Source: Eledone cirrhosa
Taxonomy: Eukaryota
NCBI GenBank assembly: GCA_964016885.1
Contig: OZ024752.1
Location: 32,798,001 to 32,862,000, forward strand
Direction: 5' to 3'
Length of the DNA stretch: 64,000 nucleotides
The notes beneath the pieces were generated by a model. It searched no databases and was not told the DNA's origin. It saw only the letters and a list, made by a program, of their open reading frames with translations. The position numbers and the translations under genes were made by a program. Below, piece after piece: positions 39,055 to 53,983 of this stretch; positions within the stretch are counted from its first letter, which is position 1, and each line of letters starts with the position of its first letter.

Positions 39055-39599
39055 TATGGTCCCATAACTCCTGAGGGAATCGTAAGGCCGCTGTATTAAC
39101 ATACACCATTTTTAGGGCATTTTTTAAAAACCTAGTAGAGCCCATTTCCTCTCCAGGTGTGAATACAGAAGAATTCCACCAAAGCAGGATAGATAGTGAG
39201 ATAACTGTTTCTATTTTTGGCACAAGGCCAGCAATTATCCCAGTGTATTACTGGTACTTTATTTTACCGACGCCGTAAGGGTGAAAGGCAAAGTTAACCT
39301 CGGCGAGATTTGAACTCAGCCCGTAAAGGGACGTAACTATGCTGGAAAGCATGGCGTCCGACCCTCTACCGATACTGCCAATCCACCGCCCTTGATACTG
39401 CCAAGAGATAATGGATGTGAGAAAGAGATATAGAGGAAGAATCGCCCCCAGTACTTGACTGTTACTTTTTTTTATCGACCTTGGATGTATGAAAGGCAAA
39501 GGTGACCTCAGCAGGATTTGAACTCAGAGAGCAGAAAGTCAAAACCAATATCGCAAAGTATTCTATCCGACATTCTAACGACTCTGCCAAATCACCGCC
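39055..39599 (-). mobile_element. SINE family B with a nested SINE A (about 39203-39392) in the same orientation
   Basis: B head at 39500-39599 and B tail at 39055-39200; short direct repeat gagataa on both sides of the insert. Confidence 0.85.
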
Positions 39600-39618
39600 T
39601 ATCTAATATACGTACGTT

Positions 39619-40458
39619 CGCTCGTTGAAACTCTAGGCGTAGAGGAAGATGAACTGGCCAGTCTGTCCGGTAGGACCTTCCGCCCGGGACCGATGGACAA
39701 CTTCTAAAAGTCCATGGCCTGGCAGTGCTACCGAGGAGCTCTACCAGTTCGAGACAAGCTCTACAGACATGGGCGCCCGGGCAGGGACCCTGCAAAAAAG
39801 ATCTGTCCGAGGTGCGTGCGTAACGAAGAAACCGTCGCGCACGCATTCATACACTGCCCGGGCGTCACTGACCTGTGGGGCTATGTAGAACGACTATTGT
39901 CGCGGGTGGGACCAATCCGGTTGACCACCGAGTCCATTGTCATGATCAAACCGCCACCCTCCTTCAAAAACGAAGGAGAGGCGGTTTTCCTTTGTGTGAT
40001 AGCTATGGCGAAAGGGGTTGTATGGTGGACAAGGTTGAAAGGGCAGAGGTCAGACACCTTTCTCTCCGGCCAACAACTGATTCTTTTTTTCAAATACCAC
40101 TTTGGAAGAAAAATCAGGATGGAGAGAGAGGTGCTGTACCCCAGCAAGTTTTATGAAAGGTGGGTGAAAGTGGCGAGAATGGCCCGAGTGAATGGGCCTT
40201 CTCTCTATATCAGCCTGTAGGTTGAGGAAAAGGAGGAGGAGAGGAAAGGAGTACAAACTCTTCGTACTCCTGGAGATGAGGGTTGCACATTTTCTCGGGG
40301 GTATGTGTTACCCATATAAACTGTCTCCCCTATTGGGGAAAATAGACTAATTTTTTAAATTGCATTTGTGATAACATTTTACACATTTTTATTGTATGTA
40401 AACTTCCCCCTTTGTATTTGTCCCCTTCTTTTGTGCCCCTGTGGCTAATAAAGAAACA
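39619..40458 (+). mobile_element. 5'-truncated L1/Tx1-like LINE with 19-bp TSD
   Basis: TSD tatctaatatacgtacgtt at 39600-39618 and 40459-40477. Encodes an ORF2 C-terminal zinc-finger region; 3' UTR ends ggctaataaagaaac. Confidence 0.9.
39621..40220 (+). pseudogene. ORF2 C-terminus (zf-RVT-like C..C.......H....C region) of the L1/Tx1-like LINE
   Basis: LVETLGVEEDELASLSGRTFRPGPMDNF*KSMAWQCYRGALPVRDKLYRHG...ICPRCVRNEETVAHAFIHCPGVTDLW...; one premature stop upstream of the tracked ORF 39714-40220. Confidence 0.85.
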
Positions 40459-40479
40459 TATCTAATATACGTACGTTAA

Positions 40480-40563
40480 TATTGGATCGTCAAGTATGAA
40501 ATTTGTAGAAATTTGTTTTTTTTTCTACAAATTTCTACAAATTCCATACTTGATGACCCAATA
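40480..40563. mobile_element. Tc1/mariner-type mini-MITE consisting almost entirely of TIRs
   Basis: 35-bp arms 40482-40516 and 40527-40561 (3 mismatches) flanked by TA. An internally deleted relative lies at 24922-24958. Confidence 0.7.
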
Positions 40564-41696
40564 GAAACCCTATTTAATTCTAAGTATTCACTCTATGGGA
40601 GACCAAATACCAATTATATTCTGGTGATTATTTACTCTGTAGAAATCGATATTTCGACCTGGATTTAATTTAATTTAATTGTTCTCCCTTATTGTCTGGT
40701 CGGCTTCATCAGTGAAGTGGTCCATTCAATATGGAGAGGATAGATCATCTATGGTTTGTTTAAACTACAAAAGTCCACTGTTAACTTATTAAAATGGCAT
40801 ATTTCATTTACAAGCGATCTTTTCCAAAGGAAATCAAATTTGTGAGGTTACCTTCCTTGCTCTATACTCCGTAATCCCATTACCACACATATACACACAC
40901 AAACTCATACACAGACAGACACACACATGCACACACATACACACATACACGCACACACGCCGACACACACACACGGACACACACACAAACACACTTACAT
41001 ACAGACACACACCCATACACACACACACACACATACACACATACACAAAGACACGCACACACGCCGACACACATACTCGGACACACACACGGACACACAC
41101 ACAGACACACACACAAGCACACACACACACAGACACACACCCACACACAGACACACACAGAGGGACACACACACACACGCCGACACACACATATATGCAC
41201 ACATTCGTCCGCATGCACAAATATATATATATATATATATATATATTTAATATAGAAATGGCTTCTACAGGACTAGAACCGTTTCATTCAAAGGAAACAG
41301 TTCTAGTCCTGTAGAAGCCATTTCTATATTAAATATTGTATATACTCTATGTATTGAGTACTTTACTTACTGTGGTTACCCTCGATTGAACACACACGCA
41401 CACACACATACACACACACACACGCGCATCATTCATACATACGAACTCTCTCTTCTCTCTTTCTTTTTCACACATATATATATATATACGTATTTATATA
41501 TATATATATATATATATGTGTGTGAAAAAGAAAGGTCTAGTGAGAACGAGTTAGGCTGTTGTTAGCTAAAGAGGTCTAATGAGACGCCCGGGTTTATGGT
41601 CCGGGGGGCGAAGAACGCCTGCAATCTCCACTGCTGCCACAGGTTTCGACCGCAAATTTATCAGAGAGTGGCCGATATTTTGTGGCTAATCATTTA

Positions 41697-42492
41697 ATAA
41701 TTGTTTCTACTTTTTGGCACAAGGCCAGCAATTACCCCAGTATATTACTGGTACTTTATTTTATCGACCCCGTAAGGATGAATGGCAAAGTTAATCTTGG
41801 CGGGATTTGAACTCAGAATGGAAAGGGGCGTAACTCTATGCTTCAAAGCATGGCGTCCGACCTTCTATCAATACTGCCAATCCACCGCCTTTAAATATAC
41901 GTTGGATTGGCAGTATTGGTAGAAGGTTGGAGGTCGTGCTTTGAAGCATAGAGTTACGCCCCTTTCCATTCTGAGTTAAAATCCCGCCAAGATTAACTTT
42001 GCCATTCATCCTTACGGGGTCGATAAAATAAATTACCAGTAATATACTGGGGTAATTGCTGGCTTTGTGCCAAAAAGTAGAAACAATTAAATATAGCAAT
42101 TGTATCTACTTTTGGCACAAGGCCAGCAATTATCCCAGTACATTACTGGTAATTCATTTTATCGAAGCCCGTAAGATTGAAAGGCAAAGTTAACCTCAGC
42201 AGGATCTGAACTCAGACAATAAAGGGCCGTAACTCTATGCTGCAGAACATAGCGTCCGACCCTCTACCGATACTGCCAATCCACTGCCCTTTTAATAATC
42301 ATTTAATAATTGTTTCTACGTTTGGCACAAGGCCAGAAATTACCCAGTGTATTACTGGTACTTTATTTTATCGACCCCGTAAGGATGAAAGGCAAAGTTA
42401 ACCTCGGCGGGATTTGAACTCAGAATGGCAAAGGACGTAACTCTATGCGTCAAAGCATGGCGTCCGACCCTCTACCGATACTGCCAATTCAC
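41697..42492. mobile_element. Cluster of four SINE A copies (-, +, -, -)
   Basis: Copies at about 41697-41890, 41902-42090, 42098-42290 and 42308-42492. Confidence 0.92.
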
Positions 42493-42875
42493 AATGCTGC
42501 TAGATGACTCACAGATCAATGTTTCTTATCATGTAAAGTCAATTAATTGATCCGACAATGAATGTAAATATGTCAATAAGTAAACTGTGAGATGAACTAG
42601 TGGGGATTCATGGCGTTGAGTTAAAAAGCTTTAAGGAATAATTAATGCCAAAACGTTTGCGGTTGACTATCGAATTAGAAGTTAAGAGAAAAATATTTAC
42701 CATTTTAATGAGAATTGAGAATAAATAGAAATTGTAAGTAGATAAACCAATAGATAATGATAAATATCTATTGATAATTTCTTTGAAATAAAAAAAACTA
42801 TTTATCTTCCTTATCGGGTCTTTTAAAAATAAATAAATTATGAATGTATTTATCTTTTCCTTACATACATACTCC

Positions 42876-44855
42876 TCTTGATCACAACACATATTTTACT
42901 TCATCACCATACATTTTTCCTCTTGATCACCTCACACCTCTCCTCTTGATCACCTCACATCTTTCCTCTTGATCACCTCACACCTCTCCTCTTGATCACC
43001 TCACACCTTTCCTCTTGATCACCTCACACCTCTCCTCTTGATCAACTCACACCTTTCCTCTTGATCACCTCACACCTTTTACTTCATCACCTCACACCTT
43101 TCCTCTTGATCACCTCACACCTTTCCTCTTGATCACCTCACACCTTTTTCCTTGATCACCTCACACCTCTCCTCTTGATCACCTCACACCTTTCCTCTTG
43201 ATCACCTCACACCTTTCCTCTTGATCACCTCACACCTCTCCTCTTGATCACCTCACATCTTTCCTCTTGATCACCTCACATCTTTTACTTCATCACAACA
43301 CATCTTTCCTCTTGATCACCTCACACCTTTCCTCTTGATCACCTCACACCTTTTACTTCATCACCTCACACCTTTCCTCTTGATCACCTCACATCTTTTA
43401 CTTCATCACCTCACATCTTTCCGCTTGATCACCTCACATCTTTCCTCTTGACCACCTCACACCTTTCCTCTTGATCACCTCACATCTTTTACTTCATCAC
43501 AACACATGTTTCCTCTTGATCACCTCACATCTTTCCTCTTGATCACCTCGCATCTTTTACTTCATCACAACACATCTTTCCTCTTGATCACCTCACACCT
43601 TTCCTCTTGATCACCTCACACCTTTCCTCTTGATCACCTCACACATTTTACTTCATCACCTCACACCTTTCCTCTTGATCACCTCACACCTTTCCTCTTG
43701 ATCACCTCACACCTTTCCTCTTCATCACCTCACACCTTTCCTCTTCATCACCTCACACCTTTCCTCTTGATCACCTCACACCTTTTTTCTTCATCACCTC
43801 ACACCTTTCCTCTTGATCACCTCACATCTTTTACTTCATCACAACACATCTTTCCTCTTGATCACCTCATACCTTTCCTCTTGATCACCTCACACCTTTC
43901 CCCTTGATCACCTCACACCTTTTTTCTTCATCACCTCACACCTTTCCTCTTGATCACCTCACATATTTTACTTCATCACAACACATCTTTCCTCTTGATC
44001 ACCTCACACCTTTCCTCTTGATCACCTCCACCTTTCCCCTTGATCACCTCACACCTTTCCTCTTGATCACCTCACACCTTTCCTCTTGATCACCTCACAC
44101 CTTTCCTCTTGATCACCTCACACCTTTCCCCTTGATCACCTCACACCTTTCCTCTTGATCACCTCACACCTTTCCTCTTGATCACCTCACATCTTTTACT
44201 TCATCACAACACATCTTTCCTCTTGATCACCTCACACCTTTCCTCTTGATCACCTCACACCTTTCCTCTTGATCACCTCACACCTTTCCTCTTGATCGCC
44301 TCACACCTTTCCTCTTGATCACCTCACATCTTTTACTTCATCACAACACATCTTTCCTCTTGATCACCTCACACCTTTCCTCTTGATCACCTCACACCTT
44401 TCCTCTTGATCACCTCACACCTTTCCTCTTGATCACCTCACACCTTTCCTCTTGATCACCTCACACCTTTCCTCTTGATCACCTCACACCTTTCCTCTTG
44501 ATCACCTCACACCTTTTACTTCATCACAACACATCTTTCCCCTTGATCACCTCATACCTTTCCTCTTGATCACCTCACACCTTTCCTCTTGATCACCTCA
44601 CACCTTTCCTCTTGATCACCTCACACCTTTCCTCTTGATCACCTCACACCTTTCCTCTTGATCACCTTACACCTTTCCTCTTGATCACCTCACACCTTTC
44701 CTCTTGATCACCTCACACCTTTTACTTCATCACAACACATCTTTCCCCTTGATCACCTCACACCTTTCCTCTTGATCACCTCACACCTTTCCCCTTGATC
44801 ACCTCACACCTTTCCTCTTGATCACCTCACACCTTTCCTTCATCACCTCACACAC
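42876..44855. repeat. 23-bp minisatellite, about 85 copies
   Basis: Unit tcttgatcacctcacacctttcc, with a recurrent variant containing ttttacttcatcacaacacatc. Confidence 0.97.
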
Positions 44856-44975
44856 TCCTCTTCATCGCAACACATACACACACACTCCTTCATCGCCACA
44901 CATACACACACACTCCTTCATTGCCACACACACTCTTTCATCGCTGCACACAACCCCCCTCCATCATTGCACACC

Positions 44976-45087
44976 TACAGGGTGTCCACCCCAAATATAT
45001 ACATACTTTGATTACCTGTACAGGCAATATTTTTACTAGAATACTGCTGCAGTATGAATACATTTTGGGGGGGGGAACCCTAGATAT
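44976..45087. mobile_element. Possible degenerate Tc1/mariner MITE
   Basis: Left end tacagggtgtccaccccaaatatatacatact is loosely complementary to the right end agtatgaatacattttggggggggggaaccctag. Confidence 0.45.
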
Positions 45088-45096
45088 CCCCCCCCC

Positions 45097-45585
<489 letters not shown>

Positions 45586-45625
45586 ATATTAAATAAATGG
45601 AAAACTATATTTATAAAACCATATT

Positions 45626-45691
45626 TATTTCATTATATATATTTCGGGGATATCATATTAACAATATGCTATGCCTTCATCAGACAAAATA
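45626..45691 (-). ncRNA. Type I hammerhead ribozyme motif (Penelope-like type)
   Basis: Minus strand: TATTTTGT-CTGATGA-AGGCATAGCATATT gtt AATATGATATCCCC-GAAA-TATATA-TA-ATGAAATA. Stem I is 8 bp with two GU pairs, stem II is long and imperfect, stem III is palindromic. Confidence 0.7.
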
Positions 45692-46056
45692 CAATATAAA
45701 CAGTTTTATAGATAAATATATTCGACATACCGTAATAAACATCAACTTCATTTGAAGAGGTTCACTCTAGCAGTGAAAACACAGAGAGAAAGAAAGAGAG
45801 AGAGAAAAGAGGGAAATAAGAAAGAAAGAAAGACAAAACGAAGAAAAGGAAGAAAAAGAAGAAAAAGAAGAAATGCATAGGACAAAATAGAGAGATGGAA
45901 AAATAGATAAAGCGAAGAGCTTCATGTAAAGAGACCGAAAGAGATATATATATATATATAGAGAGAGAGGAAATAGAGATAGATACATATATAAATATAG
46001 ATATAGAAAAATTAGGTAGTGGGAGGTCATTTTGAGTAAGTGTATCAATGATGCAT

Positions 46057-46091
<35 letters not shown>

Positions 46092-46307
46092 GCTCAAGTA
46101 TTAATGTAAGGGAGATATAGAGAGATATAGAGAGATATAGAGAGAGAAAAATTTAAAAATAGCCAGACATATTCGAGGCGTAGAAAACCCTATGTTTTAA
46201 TGTATTAGTATTTATAAAACTTACACTATATTGTAAATATCAGTATTCCTGAATGAAACAAGTATTCACAATGCGTGAAAATTCATTATCTTATGTTTAG
46301 TTTTTAA

Positions 46308-46507
46308 NNNNNNNNNNNNNNNNNNNNNNNNNNNNNNNNNNNNNNNNNNNNNNNNNNNNNNNNNNNNNNNNNNNNNNNNNNNNNNNNNNNNNNNNNNNNN
46401 NNNNNNNNNNNNNNNNNNNNNNNNNNNNNNNNNNNNNNNNNNNNNNNNNNNNNNNNNNNNNNNNNNNNNNNNNNNNNNNNNNNNNNNNNNNNNNNNNNNN
46501 NNNNNNN
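46308..46507. other. Assembly gap (200 N)
   Basis: Run of n characters. Confidence 1.
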
Positions 46508-49745
<3,238 letters not shown>

Positions 49746-49780
49746 ATATAAGATCAAAAGATGGTTAAAAGAGTTCCATG

Positions 49781-49851
49781 TATTTTATTATGCGCATTTC
49801 AAAAACAAATATCATCATGCAATAACATTTGTGTTTTCATCAGATAAAATA
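49781..49851 (-). ncRNA. Type I hammerhead ribozyme motif (Penelope-like type)
   Basis: Minus strand: TATTTTAT-CTGATGA-AAACACAAATGTTATT gcat GATGATATTTGTTTTT-GAAA-TGCGCA-TA-ATAAAATA. Perfect 8-bp stem I, about 15-bp stem II, palindromic stem III, AUA cleavage triplet. Confidence 0.78.
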
Positions 49852-49954
49852 GGAAGACATGATATGAAGGTTAAAAAACACTTGTGAATAGTGCAGTTTT
49901 AAATCAACATATTGTACTACAATAAAATTCACCTCCTACATTATATATATATAT

Positions 49955-50190
49955 ATATTGTTATACTTGGGGAGGGTCATATTTGCGTAATATTGCCAGA
50001 ATTAATAACAGAACACACTCACTGTTTGGTTGGTTTTCGCTTCTCGCTGTCTTTTATATCTGCGAGAAGCGAAAACCAACCAAACAGTGTGTTCTGTTAT
50101 TAATTCTGGCAATATTACGCAAATATGACCCTCCCCAAGTATAACAATATCTGTTTCGACACACGATTTCATATAAAAAACCTCGCTAAA

Positions 50191-50192
<2 letters not shown>
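49955..50192 (+). mobile_element. Fold-back Penelope-like terminal fragment with ~89-bp inverted arms
   Basis: Arms 49955-50047 and 50062-50150, flanked by (TA)n. The terminus atgaccctcccc?aagtataacaa is shared with 51418-51832. Confidence 0.65.
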
Positions 50193-50249
<57 letters not shown>

Positions 50250-50322
50250 ATGTGTGTGAGGGAATGAATTCTGTGAGAGAAACATCGTTTTTTCTCCCTC
50301 ATATCAAGAATTTGAAGACAAT

Positions 50323-50410
50323 TCATTTTTACCTGATGAGATCAGTGATAATCGATCATGGCTTCACAATCGATCTATCTCTTTTTGAAACATGTGTCGT
50401 GATTAAATGA
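50323..50410 (+). ncRNA. Degenerate hammerhead ribozyme motif
   Basis: TCATTTTTAC-CTGATGA (50333)...GAAA (50387)-CATGTG-TC-GTGATTAAATGA. GUC triplet and pairable stem I, but stem II is degenerate at its base. Confidence 0.55.
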
Positions 50411-50443
50411 TTGGAATTTTACCTTGCCTTCGGATTTTCATTT

Positions 50444-50570
<127 letters not shown>

Positions 50571-50577
50571 TACATAC

Positions 50578-50648
<71 letters not shown>

Positions 50649-50725
50649 GCGAAGGAAAAGTGGTAAGGAACCAGGTGGACCATAACGCACCAAAGTACTC
50701 AATACTTAGGGTAGTAGAGTGGGTA

Positions 50726-50806
50726 ATAGGAGTAAGTAAGACCCCGACGGCTGAGCTCAAGCCGTTTCGAAACGGCTTGAGCTCAGCCGTCGGGGTCTTA
50801 CTTACT

Positions 50807-50811
<5 letters not shown>
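50726..50811. repeat. Perfect 86-bp palindrome with no spacer
   Basis: ataggagtaagtaagaccccgacggctgagctcaagccgtttc|gaaacggcttgagctcagccgtcggggtcttacttactcctat. Confidence 0.95.
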
Positions 50812-50857
<46 letters not shown>

Positions 50858-50887
50858 CACCATTGCTTGTATATCTGCTTGTATCTT

Positions 50888-51085
50888 CTTGTAATGCCTT
50901 CGCCATTCTGTCCTCCGGGGCTGTGGGACGGCCAGCGCGTGGGACCCCATTTGCTAACTATACAGAGAGATGTGGAGGGCGTGAGAGATGGGAGCGATGA
51001 CGGTGGGAGTTCGGCTCTCCCGTGTTCGAACACATTGCACCTGTCAAGAGTGTATTTTCATATTTACACATCTCCCTGTTTATTG
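50888..51085 (+). mobile_element. CRE-like non-LTR element 3' fragment, paralog of about 63470-63620
   Basis: aatgccttcgccattctgtcctccggggctgtgggacggcca...gagagatgggagcgatgacggtgggagttcg aligns by eye with aacgcctcctctgttctatccgccggggatgtggggcggcca...gagagatggaggcgatgatagtgggagttcg. Confidence 0.7.
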
Positions 51086-51118
51086 TCACGTATATATATA
51101 TATATATATATAATATAT

Positions 51119-51150
<32 letters not shown>

Positions 51151-51190
51151 CATAAATTCAGAAACGAAATATATATATGTATATATATAT

Positions 51191-51353
<163 letters not shown>

Positions 51354-51354
51354 T

Positions 51355-51832
51355 ATATTTCGTTTCTGAATTTGTTTAGCAAGATTCTTAATCTGAAAAC
51401 GTGTGTTGAAACCGATTTTGTTATACTTTGGGAGGGTCATGTTGCCAATAAGAAACACACGCACCAGTTGCTTTCACTTCAATTTATTATAATAAATTTA
51501 TAAATTTAGGAATTTATAAGTTTCCGGTTGGTTGGTTGGTTCCACAACCAGATGGTTGTTTATATATTGTCAAAGTTCTTTCATCACACATTCTGTGACC
51601 TCTTCAGTGACTGGGGATTCTTTTCTTTGTTTTTGTGCCTCTCCTTTGTTCTGTCCTACGCCATCTTGTTTCTGTGTGTGTGTTATATAAACAACCATCT
51701 GGTTGTGGAACCAACCAACCGACCGGAAACTTATAAATTCCTAAATTTATAAATTTATTATAATAAATTGAAGTGAAAGCAACTGGTGCGTGTGTTTCTT
51801 ATTGGCAACATGACCCTCCCAAAGTATAACAA
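51355..51832 (-). mobile_element. Penelope-like terminal fragment with a 149-bp inverted duplication
   Basis: Arms 51418-51566 and 51684-51832 (1 mismatch). The spacer holds a hammerhead motif; (TA)n on both sides. Confidence 0.75.
51567..51614 (-). ncRNA. Minimal hammerhead ribozyme motif
   Basis: Minus strand: GTCA-CTGAAGA-GGTCACA gaatg TGTGAT-GAAA-G aa C-TT-TGAC. Stem I is GTCA/TGAC. Confidence 0.62.
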
Positions 51833-51835
51833 TAG

Positions 51836-51874
<39 letters not shown>

Positions 51875-51988
51875 CCATGTTCTGACTAAGCAGTGACAAT
51901 ATTCTAGCATATTCTAGCAACCCATGCTAATCTCCACTCTACATGAAACCTCATCATCGTATGCTGAATATTTCACCTAACAATATTT

Positions 51989-52171
51989 GTTTCTACTTTT
52001 GGGCACAAGGCCAGCATTTATCCAAGTGCATTACAGGTACTTTATTTTATCGACCCCGTAAGGATGAAAGGCAAAGTTAACCTCGGCGGGATTTGAACTC
52101 AGAGTTACGTCCCTTTTCGGTCTATGCTGGTAAAACATGGCGCCCGACCATCTACTGATACTGCCAATCCA
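51989..52171 (-). mobile_element. SINE family A with 16-bp TSD
   Basis: TSD tcacctaacaatattt at 51973-51988 and 52172-52187. Confidence 0.9.
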
Positions 52172-52504
52172 TCACCTAACAATATTTAGATCTGCTTCGC
52201 ACTAGTTGCTTTTTATTTTCGTGACATTTGCCTCCTGTTTTCAATTATTTTATCGTTCGTTCAATTATGTTTTCACTCTGTATAATTGTTTATCTAGCCA
52301 TAAAGTGGAGTAACAAAGAGTAATTATCAATCCACTCTAACTTGATAGATAGATATACAATAGTTGCAAGCTGTTCGCTTTATTTATTGTAATCTATAAG
52401 GTAATAAATTATTAAATGGCATATGAAATTTGTCACTAATTCCTTTCAAATCCCGCTAGACACATAAAATTATAATGAAATAATAAACATATATAGTCAT
52501 AGTT

Positions 52505-52569
52505 ATTCATACACAAATACATGAGCGTACATACTTGAAGACGTATGTATGTGTATATGTATGTAGCGC

Positions 52570-52631
<62 letters not shown>

Positions 52632-52726
52632 GTGTATGTGGGTGTTCATATAGATACACAAATAGATGAGCGTACACACTTGACGACGTATGTATGTGTA
52701 TATGTATGTAGCGTGTGTAAGCGCGC

Positions 52727-52768
<42 letters not shown>

Positions 52769-52880
52769 GTGTATGTGTGTGTTCATATAGATACACAAAT
52801 ACATGAGCGTACACACTTGAAGACGTATGTATGTGTATATGTATGTGGCGTGTGTGAGTGTGTGTGTATGTGTATGTGCT
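52505..52880. repeat. Imperfect tandem triplication of a (TG)n-containing unit (about 140 bp)
   Basis: atacacaaata.atgagcgtaca.acttga.gacgtatgtatgtg occurs three times. Confidence 0.85.
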
Positions 52881-52942
52881 CATAGTGTTCATGGCTAATA
52901 AAGAAACATATCTCTATATATATATTCATTTATTTATTTATT

Positions 52943-53010
52943 CTACTTCTTCTTGTCCTCCTACTTAAGAGGCTCGTGGGGGAAGAGTCCTCAAACACTC
53001 CTTCCACACA
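52943..53010 (-). mobile_element. Tiny RTE-like 3' end related to 30729-30857
   Basis: Minus-strand translation WKECLRTLPPRAS* followed by a gaagaag tail. Confidence 0.55.
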
Positions 53011-53271
53011 CATATACATGAGATTTTTTGTCTTGTTTGATTAACAAGTCTGATGAGCAGATCGAGCTGGAGTCAGGGCTATAACATTGATATAGATGAT
53101 GAGCTACCCACCTTAGAAACGGTCGTAACAATAAAGACCTTAATGTGAAACCTTGTTTTGTTATATATATATATTTTAAAAAGTAAACAGAGAACAAAAA
53201 ACAGAAAAACGAAGAGGTAGTACAAATGTTGTTATTATTAGTTTCACGCTTGAGAGTGGAGGGTGGGGGAT

Positions 53272-53299
53272 GACGTTTCGGGCATAAGCCCTTCATCAG
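53272..53299 (-). ncRNA. Minimal hammerhead core typical of Penelope-like pLTRs
   Basis: Minus strand CTGATGA-A-GGGC ttat GCCC-GAAA-CG-TC. Stem I is not evident. Confidence 0.7.
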
Positions 53300-53467
53300 G
53301 AGAAAAGTAGGTAGGAAGAGAGTTCCGAGGGTGTGTGGGGGAGTGGTGGAAAGACATTTTTAAAAAATGATTTTAAAAAAGGCCGGGGGAGAGAAAAGGG
53401 AGCAAAAAATATTTTTTAGAGAGTAAAAAAATTTTTTTTAAATAAAAAAAAAAAATATATATATGTG

Positions 53468-53505
<38 letters not shown>

Positions 53506-53523
53506 TGTGCGCGTGTGTGTGTG

Positions 53524-53612
53524 TTATTTTAATAAATATTTGCTCTAGAGTTCTTATATATTTGATATATATTTATCCTTATCGAGCCCTCTTTGGATTT
53601 TAGTCTTCCCTA
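53524..53612 (+). mobile_element. Extreme 3' end of the Penelope-like family seen at 1-1745
   Basis: Near-identical to the reverse complement of 1-58 and to 1660-1745. Confidence 0.75.
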
Positions 53613-53834
53613 TTATTACTATATATATATAAAGAAACAAAGAATCAGTCTTGCATCATATATATATTCAATTACATATTACATATGTTTCACTGTCGCT
53701 TAGCTCGAGGAACGATCTATTAATAATCGAACCTGACTCTGGAATCGGAAGCTCCAGATTTAATATGCAGACGCGAGCCTGCATATATACTATACATACA
53801 TTCATATATACATCGCTATTTCAGAGCCACAATA

Positions 53835-53983
<149 letters not shown>

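Noticed and set aside
41560-41690. Short GC-rich island
   Set aside because: No recognisable motif, ORF or paralog in the window.
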